From the IMG/VR virus record IMGVR_UViG_3300045988_110420: a DNA stretch of 37,430 nucleotides; one strand, given 5' to 3'. The translations under genes were made by a program, and so were the position numbers. The DNA comes from a virus. Under the pieces are notes generated by a model. That model searched no databases, was not told the origin of the DNA, and saw only the letters and a list, made by a program, of their open reading frames with translations. Shown here piece after piece: positions 6,740 to 13,900 of this stretch. Numbering within the stretch: position 1 is the first letter of the stretch; each line of letters starts with the position of its first letter.

Positions 6740-7162
6740 ATGAAATTAAATTCTAGGGCAATTTTAGTTACAACTTCTCTCATTGCTATCTCCAGCATTT
6801 TTTATAATGTTTTTCTTTTTGGACAAGTTTCAAATCTTCATAATGAATTTGATAGCGTAGAAAAACAATATAAAGAGCAATTAGAAATTTCAAATAATTA
6901 TAAACAAGAAATAAATAATCTTGAATTTAAGATGAATATAATAGATGATGAATATGAATTCTATCATAAATACGCAGTAATAACCACAACTACTGGTTAC
7001 CGTTATCATAAGTACGGTTGCTATCACTTAAATAATGATAATGGTTTTTATATCTTTAATATAGAAAATGCCACTTATCAAGGATATACCCCCTGTTTGG
7101 ACTGCCTTGGTTCTGGCTCTACCGAAGAAATAAAAGATAAACTGAAACGTGAACTTTATTAA
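6740..7162 (+). CDS. Membrane-anchored coiled-coil protein with C-terminal Cys/His zinc motif, AT-rich moron gene 2 (140 aa)
   Basis: GAAAGGTGA RBS, ATG 4 nt after the gene 1 stop. TM anchor RAILVTTSLIAISSIFYNVFLFG. C-terminal YRYHKYGCYHL...GYTPCLDC. Confidence 0.7.
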   Translation: MKLNSRAILVTTSLIAISSIFYNVFLFGQVSNLHNEFDSVEKQYKEQLEISNNYKQEINNLEFKMNIIDDEYEFYHKYAVITTTTGYRYHKYGCYHLNNDNGFYIFNIENATYQGYTPCLDCLGSGSTEEIKDKLKRELY

Positions 7163-7208
7163 AAATCTCAACTCAAAAATGGCGACCTTCCAAAAGGAGG
7201 TCGAAACT

Positions 7209-8255
7209 ATGGCAAAAGCAAAAAAACTGCCGTCCGGCAACTGGTCTGTGCAGGCTTATAGCCACACCGTCACCATAAACGGCAAACAAAAACGGGTGTA
7301 TGAGCGTTTTACCGCTCCCACCCGTAAAGAGGCTGAGTATCTGGCAGCAGAATTCCAAATGAATAAATCCCGCAAAAAATCTATGGAAACCATGACAGTT
7401 GCTCAAGCCATTGAAAGTTATATTGACAGCAAATCGAATATTCTTTCTCCATCTACGATCAAAAGCTATCGTAGCTTACAGAGAAATCATTACCATGACA
7501 TCGGTAAAATTCCTTTACAAAAACTTACCAGACAAATGGTTCAGCGTGAGTTTAATTTATATGCGGCTTCCCTTTCTCCAAAGACCTGCCGCAATCTTCA
7601 TGGTTTGCTTTCCGCAGCCCTGGAAATGTATCACCCTGATTTTCGTTTGAAAACAAATATGCCCAAAAAAACAAAGAACGAAATTCATATTCCCACAGAA
7701 GCAGAACTTCAGTGTCTTCTCTCCCGATCCCGTGGAACGCCTCTCTTTCTTCCTATCATTCTGGCGTTTTCCATGGGGCTTCGTCGGGGAGAAATTTGCG
7801 GTCTGCGCTGGAAAGATATTAACCTTGAAAAACATACTATTCATGTCCATACTTCACTGGTGCAGAATGAAAAAAAAGAATGGGTTGAAAAACCTCCAAA
7901 GACCTATGCAGGAAATCGCATCCTCGATATTCCTCCGTTTGTCTATGATGAACTAGAAAAACTATACCCGGAACAGAAGAATAGTCGTATCACAGATTTA
8001 ATGCCGGATAATATTACCAATATGTTTCCTGGTTTGCTTCGTCGCTCCGGTCTGCGCCATTTCCGCTTCCATGATTTACGCCATTATTACGCATCCATCA
8101 TGCTTGCCAATAATGTTCCCGATAAATATGCAATGAAACGTATGGGACATGCAACCAATTCCATGCTAAAGAATGTATATCAGCACATAATTACTCAAAA
8201 AGATCAAGAAGTTACCGTTGTTATGAACAACTTTTTTTCTGGACATTTCCAATAA
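7209..8255 (+). CDS. int: Tyrosine recombinase (phage integrase) with AP2-like N-terminal arm-binding domain
   Basis: AAAAGGAGG RBS before the ATG at 7209. GLRRGEICGLRW (Arg), HDLRHYYAS (His-x-x-Arg), GHATNSMLKNVYQH (Tyr). N-terminal KKLPSGNWSVQAY...NGKQKR...TRKEAE. Confidence 0.9.
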   Translation: MAKAKKLPSGNWSVQAYSHTVTINGKQKRVYERFTAPTRKEAEYLAAEFQMNKSRKKSMETMTVAQAIESYIDSKSNILSPSTIKSYRSLQRNHYHDIGKIPLQKLTRQMVQREFNLYAASLSPKTCRNLHGLLSAALEMYHPDFRLKTNMPKKTKNEIHIPTEAELQCLLSRSRGTPLFLPIILAFSMGLRRGEICGLRWKDINLEKHTIHVHTSLVQNEKKEWVEKPPKTYAGNRILDIPPFVYDELEKLYPEQKNSRITDLMPDNITNMFPGLLRRSGLRHFRFHDLRHYYASIMLANNVPDKYAMKRMGHATNSMLKNVYQHIITQKDQEVTVVMNNFFSGHFQ

Positions 8256-8275
8256 TGCAACACAAAATGCAACAC
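8255..8275 (+). repeat. Arm-type direct repeats ATGCAACAC x2 (12-bp phasing), P arm
   Basis: Copies at 8255-8263 and 8267-8275. Confidence 0.7.
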
Positions 8276-8276
8276 G

Positions 8277-8308
8277 AAAAAAAAGAAACCTTGAAAAATC
8301 AAGGTTTC
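8277..8308 (-). terminator. Rho-independent terminator following the tRNA-like fragment
   Basis: Minus strand: GAAACCTT-8nt-AAGGTTTC stem followed by T8. Confidence 0.7.
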
Positions 8309-8311
8309 CAG

Positions 8312-8338
8312 AGCGGAGACGGTGGGATTCGAACCCTC
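8312..8338 (-). other. tRNA 3' fragment (T-loop + 3' acceptor strand): probable attP core. Not a complete tRNA gene.
   Basis: The minus strand reads GAGGGTTCGAATCCCACCGTCTCCGCT (GGTTCGAATCC T-arm signature). No matching 5' acceptor strand (GGAGACG) occurs within about 100 nt upstream. Confidence 0.7.
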
Positions 8339-8472
8339 TTACATTCAATCACACTTATAAACTTGCAAATCCCATAACTTCAACTTTTCGTTGATATTCC
8401 GCCATTTATAATACATTTCACGGTCGCCATTTTTGAGATTTTCATATCATTTCTGAACCAAAACAATCACAT

Positions 8473-8505
8473 ATGCAACACAAGATGCAACACGCCATGC
8501 AACAC
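8473..8505 (+). repeat. Arm-type direct repeats ATGCAACAC x3 (12-bp phasing), P' arm
   Basis: Copies at 8473-8481, 8485-8493 and 8497-8505, in the same orientation as the P-arm copies. Confidence 0.7.
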
Positions 8506-8529
8506 GCCGCAAAAAATAGGTGTGTTTTT

Positions 8530-9204
8530 TTATTTATTTCTCTGCATAATTGCCATAGTCCGAAGCATATCATCACTCAGATGCAATGCATTGTTATCCG
8601 CATAACATCCGTTATTGATCTGCTCCTGTACCATTGGCTTTGCCCATGTAGGCACTTCCTGGATTGTTTCATAATACTTTGTCACTTCTTCCACCAGCCT
8701 TTCTTTGAAATCGTTCCACATCTGCACATTATCCACCATGGGTGCCGGGCATTTTTTCCCGGTTACATCAAAATGCCGGATCACCCGTTCCACAGGCACA
8801 CCATATTTTTTCATGAGCAGACGTACCAAGTCTGCGGCGTTCTGCAGCGTCTTCTCTGTGAAATCATATCTCCCGTTTTTCACTTCGTCGCAAAGCTCCA
8901 CGGAAATGGAATTGCTGTTGGTGCACTTCCCATAAAACTTTCCGCCGCCTGTCTGTCCGCAGTTTGGATATTTTTTCCCTCCTACACTCCATGCAACATA
9001 ATTGTCAGGTACGCTCTGTGTGATACTGTCTCCATCGACAAAATAATGGGCGGATGCGTTCACGACGTTATTGTGGAAGTAATTCCCGTTCCCTTCGTCG
9101 CTGTCCCCATCGTTTGCCGTATAGTGCATCACAATGTACTCGATCTTGCTTCTTTTTCCGCCATAATTTGCAGGGTTTGCCAGATTGACTTTAATCGGTA
9201 CCAT
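8530..9204 (-). CDS. Endolysin, N-acetylmuramoyl-L-alanine amidase (Amidase_2/PGRP type)
   Basis: IEYIVMHYTANDG...ASAHYFVDGDSITQSV...AWSVGG...NSNSISVELC...RVIRHFDVTGKKCP. AAGGAGGAGGG RBS before the ATG at 9204. Confidence 0.9.
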   Translation of the reverse strand: MVPIKVNLANPANYGGKRSKIEYIVMHYTANDGDSDEGNGNYFHNNVVNASAHYFVDGDSITQSVPDNYVAWSVGGKKYPNCGQTGGGKFYGKCTNSNSISVELCDEVKNGRYDFTEKTLQNAADLVRLLMKKYGVPVERVIRHFDVTGKKCPAPMVDNVQMWNDFKERLVEEVTKYYETIQEVPTWAKPMVQEQINNGCYADNNALHLSDDMLRTMAIMQRNK

Positions 9205-9388
9205 TGCCCTCCTCCTTTCCCTTCTGGTACTGGGTACCAAAATAGAAAGCAATCACAACACTGAAAATGGTCAGGAACTGTTCCCCACTGATATGCCCTG
9301 TAATAGACAGGTACGCAAATACCAATGTCAAAACCAGTGTCACAATACTTTTCACTGTCAAAAGATTCTGAATATTCACTTCTTTCAT
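9191..9388 (-). CDS. Holin (65 aa, two TM segments)
   Basis: IVTLVLTLVFAYLSI and FLTIFSVVIAFYFG, with a charged C-terminus. Overlaps the endolysin start. ATGA overlap with the upstream gene. Confidence 0.8.
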   Translation of the reverse strand: MKEVNIQNLLTVKSIVTLVLTLVFAYLSITGHISGEQFLTIFSVVIAFYFGTQYQKGKEEGNGTD

Positions 9389-9891
9389 TTTTTCACCGTC
9401 CAATCTTCTGCAAAAATATCTGTGATGGAAGGTACCCACATGGCATGGGAACCGCCCACAGTATTGATCTGCAAATACGGTTCGCATCTAAACAGGTCTC
9501 CTTCTTTCATCCCCCATGCTTCCGCTGTCTGCTTATTACATGGAATACCCTCTGGATATCCCTTCTGCATCACTACATACAGCCCTTTTCCGTTCCAGCC
9601 GGGTCTTGTCATAGGAATACCCTTTTTCAGCATATGCAGCGCGTGTCCAAAGCTCATTCTTGCCACACCGCCCAAAATCGGTGTATTCGTATCCACTGCC
9701 GGCGTGAAATCCACTGCTGCCATGTTATCCAGTGTATATTCCTTCATTTTTGTATCAAACAGGTCCAGCACTTCGCCTTCTTTCGTGTGCATCATGATAG
9801 TACCGTTTTCAAACGCCCAGTATCCGCCCCAATGGGGACGTTTTACCTTTCCTCCATTTTTCATAAATGCAAGTGCCTGTCTAAAATTCAT
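9385..9891 (-). CDS. Tandem DUF2829 (Tad2-like) domain protein (168 aa)
   Basis: Two repeats of the M.F..AL..(M/L)K.G...R..W.G signature. The second ends in WVPSITDIFAEDWTV. GAGGAGG RBS before the ATG at 9891. Confidence 0.7.
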   Translation of the reverse strand: MNFRQALAFMKNGGKVKRPHWGGYWAFENGTIMMHTKEGEVLDLFDTKMKEYTLDNMAAVDFTPAVDTNTPILGGVARMSFGHALHMLKKGIPMTRPGWNGKGLYVVMQKGYPEGIPCNKQTAEAWGMKEGDLFRCEPYLQINTVGGSHAMWVPSITDIFAEDWTVKK

Positions 9892-9902
9892 GTTCATCCT
9901 CC

Positions 9903-10223
9903 TCACTGCAATTCAAACAATTTTTTCCCATACTGCACCGCACATTCATGCTCGATCTTGCATCCTCTCGCCTCTGACCATCCTTTTGCAAAACATACGA
10001 TGTCCGCTTTCGACATCATCGTAAGAGAACGTCCCAAGCACCATAAAGCCATATCAGCGTTTTTTGGTGGATCTTCAGCAATATAACTGTCGATCACTGC
10101 CACTTCTTCCTTCAGAATTTCTTTTGCGCTGATAACCGCATTTTCTCTTTCTTTTCTGATTTCTTCTTCTGTTTTTCCTTTCATTGGCTGCGAAATAAAT
10201 AACTTCTTCTTTTCCATTCCCAT
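9903..10223 (-). CDS. DUF4406-like (nucleoside 2-deoxyribosyltransferase-like) protein (106 aa)
   Basis: KLFISQPMKGKTEEEI...LWCLGRSLTMMSKADIVCFAKGWSEARGCKIEHECAVQYG matches the DUF4406 pattern as I remember it. Confidence 0.65.
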   Translation of the reverse strand: MGMEKKKLFISQPMKGKTEEEIRKERENAVISAKEILKEEVAVIDSYIAEDPPKNADMALWCLGRSLTMMSKADIVCFAKGWSEARGCKIEHECAVQYGKKLFELQ

Positions 10224-10230
10224 TCTCCTT

Positions 10231-10305
10231 TCACTTCTTTATTGCTCCTTCGCATGCAGCCCCGATCATAAACCCCAGAATAAATGCGCCGATAATTTCC
10301 AGCAT
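10231..10305 (-). CDS. Possible 24-aa single-TM peptide (MLEIIGAFILGFMIGAACEGAIKK)
   Basis: Below the ORF-track cutoff. The ATG overlaps the upstream stop (TGATG). It fills the gap between two genes exactly. Hydrophobic core. Confidence 0.35.
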   Translation of the reverse strand: MLEIIGAFILGFMIGAACEGAIKK

Positions 10306-10589
10306 CACACACCGCCTCCTTTGTTCTGCATCATGTTTTCATAGACGATCCCTCCCTCTGTGTTCTCTCTCATGCTTTTCATGGTATATCCCGTCTTGCT
10401 CACGCCCCATGCTGCCCATGGCAGTGTCACCATAGCTGTCAGCCAGGGAAAAGCCGCGTCAAATGTTTTCCATACGGAAAGATATGCCAGTCCCAGAACA
10501 CCCAGCGTATTGATCCACAGCAGCGCCATTTCCATGTTCATGATTTTTTTGGAAAATTCTTTTTTCTTGATAACTTTATACTCAGACAA
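10305..10589 (-). CDS. Small membrane protein (94 aa, about 2 TM)
   Basis: ALLWINTLGVLGLAYLSVW and FPWLTAMVTLPWAAWGV. TTG start overlapping the upstream stop. An alternative ATG lies 16 codons in. Confidence 0.6.
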   Translation of the reverse strand: MSEYKVIKKKEFSKKIMNMEMALLWINTLGVLGLAYLSVWKTFDAAFPWLTAMVTLPWAAWGVSKTGYTMKSMRENTEGGIVYENMMQNKGGGV

Positions 10590-10926
10590 TATTTTCCACC
10601 GCCTTTTGATGCAGGTACTCCTTCTGCTGATGTTTCACCGCTTCCGCATATTCCAGCGCTTTGTGCATATCCCCGTTGCATTTTGCGTCAGGAATCCGCT
10701 GCACGGCTCTTGCCGTTGCTTCTCCCAGTGCGATTGCTGCGTTATTGCTGCGGATAAGATATAACTCAAACTGTTCTCTCGCCTTTTCTTTTTGCTTGTG
10801 CTCCTGGTCCCGCGCTTTTCTTCTTTCTTCCTCCAATTTTTCCCGTTTCTGGATTTTATACATCGTATACGCCGCCAGAAAGGAACAAATGGAAGAAAGC
10901 CCCATCATGATCAATTCTGCTTCCAT
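10582..10926 (-). CDS. N-terminal TM + coiled-coil protein (114 aa)
   Basis: GGGAGGTG RBS. LIMMGLSSICSFLAAYTMY followed by a Lys/Glu-rich helix. Confidence 0.65.
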   Translation of the reverse strand: MEAELIMMGLSSICSFLAAYTMYKIQKREKLEEERRKARDQEHKQKEKAREQFELYLIRSNNAAIALGEATARAVQRIPDAKCNGDMHKALEYAEAVKHQQKEYLHQKAVENIV

Positions 10927-10952
10927 ACCCATCACCTCCCATTCATCCTATC

Positions 10953-10982
10953 AAAAAAAGAGAGGGGTTTCCCCCTCCCTCT
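10953..10982 (-). terminator. Rho-independent terminator after the giant gene
   Basis: Minus strand: G-rich stem (GAGGGAGGGGG aaa CCCCTCTC) followed by T7. Confidence 0.6.
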
Positions 10983-13900
10983 TTACTGTGGCGCCTTTTC
11001 CAGTGTTTCTCTTTTTCCGCCCAATCTGTAAAACTCGTCTGCCGCTCTCTGCATCCGCTGACTGTCTCCGGCTTCCTTGGCTTTCCAATATTCCGATTTC
11101 AGTCGGCTCCTCATACTGCTTCTAATATCCTTGTCCTCTTTCCCCGCAGCATTCAGAATAGACCACATCTTTTCATAGTCTGCCATGTTGCCGTTCATAT
11201 AGGCATTGAACAGCAAAGCATAGTCCGCACTTTCTACTTCTCCTTCCTCCTTCCAGTAGTCCTTTGTAATGGTTTCAAATGTTTCTTCATCCTCCGCAGG
11301 CGGTTTCGTCAGGCTTTCCACAGCACTTTCAATGTTTGCCATGAAATACCCCTTCTTTGCCAACGCTTCCACGTTTCTGGTGTAATCATCCACCCTGCCT
11401 TCGTTGTATGCTTTTGCCGCTTCCATGGCTTCCGGTTCTTCCTTGATGGCTTTCACCTGTTCTGTTTTGATTTTATTGTCAATCTTTTCATTGGAAATGC
11501 CGCCGTTGACCATGTCGTTGTAAATCCGTGTGGCGATCTGTTCGTTTCCGCTCATCTTTGCTTCCAGCATCATTTTCACATACATGTTAATATTCTTTTC
11601 ACTGCCCACATCGTAGGTCAGCTTCTGGTTTTCATACTGTGCATCCAGTCCCAGTGTGTAATTGACGATGGTGTTTTTGATTGCCAGAATATCCCGTTTT
11701 GCGGAATTGATGGGGATACCCGTTGCCTTTGACAGGCTCCCGGCAGCGTCCATCAAAACAGCGTTCAATGTATAGTTGCTTTCTCCTGACATGTACCGCA
11801 TGAGATTTTTCCCGGATTTTACCAGATCATTGAGCCAACTAATATCCGTCCGCTGTACGGTATATCCCTGGATCACAGAGAAAATATCCCTCATGTACGG
11901 GATATATCCCAACGGGTTGAAACTGTTCCCCAGGTTTGAACCAATGGCAGCCAGAATATAGTCGCTGACACTTTCCGCTTCCGTAAAATCCCCTCGAAAC
12001 GCCTGCAGCCATTTTTCCAGCAGTGTTTCATCGTCGTCATCGTCCCTGAGCATATCCACCAGCCCAGCCGCAGCCGCTACACATACACCATTTGCAACCA
12101 GCGTCATAAATGTTCTGACAACCTTCTTCCGGTTCTCCGGCGTGTTGTCTTTGATCACTGCCACCATACTGTTTCGCATCATGTTGTATGTCTTTGTTGG
12201 TTCACTCATGAATGATGTTGCCATCTGTGAAAACAGGCTCTGGCTCCGCATCATCTGATTTCTATGCAGAATACTGTCCACCACCTGTGTTCCGTCGATG
12301 ATTTCCGAAAACCGCTTCCCAACGGTCTCATAATACCGGTTGCCTGTCAGTTCTGGATGTTTTTTCTTCACTTCCAGCTCTGCCGCTCTCCAAATGCGTC
12401 CCCATGTCAGCTTGTCCATGACACCTGCGGCAATCATGGATTTTTCCAGAAAACTTTCGTAGAAATTTTGCCCGACGAGCAATTCTTTCATGGTGCGCCC
12501 TACGTTCATTTCATAATTTCCCCATTCTTTCCATTGAGCGATTGGCGCATACTCATATACCTTTTCAAAGTCTGTCTTGCTTGGTACCAGAGCCCCCATC
12601 AAATACCCTACGCCGATTTCATCCGCCGCTCTCAGGTAACTCACTGGCTGCTGGATGATGACACGCAGGTTTGCGCCTACGCTGGCAATCTTCATATTCC
12701 GCAGGAAAATCCGTGGCAGCCGTTCCACATCTTCTTTTACCGCCGGATTGTTCAGCCGTTCCATCAAATCCCGTACATATTTGTCGCCAGCCGGACCCAT
12801 GACCCGCTGCATGGTTTCTTTGACACTTCGGTTTTCGCCGAATTTCTTTCCGTCTACCACACGCACCATTTCTCGGTAGTTCATAAATTTGTTCAGGTCT
12901 GAAAGCGCCGGCACAAAAGCGTTATAACTGCTCATCTGGTCTATGTGTCTGACATAAGCATCGAAAATGTTTTCCAGAATGATGGGGTTTTTCGCTTCTC
13001 TGTTTGTCTGCTTGGTAATTCCCATTGTTTGCAGGGTACTGTTCTTTTCCCCTCTTGCGCCGTACATGGTATTGATGTAGTTTTCATCGGTCACAATGGG
13101 GAAATAGTTGGTTTCCGTAAATTTTTTGTACCCCAGCATATTCATGGTGACTTCGTTTCCCCAGCTTGCCACGCTTTCCAAATATCCTTGGATCTCCAAA
13201 GCCGCTTTTTTCTGTTCCTCTGTCAGATTGCTCATAAGTTTTGTCACGTCTGCCGCTGTCACTTCCACCGGCTCCGTATTTTTGACGATCTTTCTCTGTC
13301 CTCTGACTTTATGCACCACAGGTTCCCCTTTGATGCCGCCGCCAAAGATATGCCCTCTTGCCTGTGTTCTGCGCATCAAGCAGTACAGGCTCATGATCTG
13401 CGCATCTGTCAGCAGGATTTTTCCGCCGCTCAAAGTGTATTCCTTCGGTTCCATTTCTCCCCATTCACGGATTTTCTTTTTGTCGACAGTCTTCTGCATA
13501 AATTCCGACGCTTCTTTCACATGGAGAATTTTTCTGTCAAATCCCTCTCGCAGCCCTCTGTAAATGGTGTCGTGTACGGTTTTCCCCATTTCCTTGAAGA
13601 AACTTTCTGTGTCTAACATTTGCACATTCATCATGTCAGAAAGTACCCGCAGCCTGCTGTCTGGATTCTTTGTTTTTTTGTTCTCCACATCCTCCATGTA
13701 TGCGTTCCCAATAGTGGATATTTTTTCCCCGTTTTTGATGGAAACCATTCTGTTTGCGTTTCTGACCAAATGGGATACGCTTCGGATCACCACAGATAGC
13801 TGTCTCATTTCTGTGGGACCCAGCTCGGATACCTTCACGCCATCACCTACACGATCCGCCAGACTTTCCAGCATCGCCTGTACGTTTTCATCTTCTTCCG

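Larger units (their letters stand above)
8255..8505. mobile_element. attP region: tRNA-derived core flanked by arm-type repeats
   Basis: It lies immediately 3' of int. It contains the tRNA 3' fragment (8312-8338) and five ATGCAACAC repeats. Confidence 0.7.

Noticed and set aside
8312-8420. A complete tRNA gene next to int
   Set aside because: Only the T-arm and 3' acceptor strand are present. The T-stem 5' arm already has a mismatch (GAGGG vs CCCAC), and no complementary 5' acceptor strand or anticodon arm can be drawn upstream. This fits an attP core fragment.
8473-10086. Plus-strand ORFs of 263, 279 and 253 aa over the lysis region
   Set aside because: They are antisense to the amidase, holin and DUF2829 genes, which have clear motifs. 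The first one starts only because the ATGCAACAC arm repeats read as Met-Gln-His.
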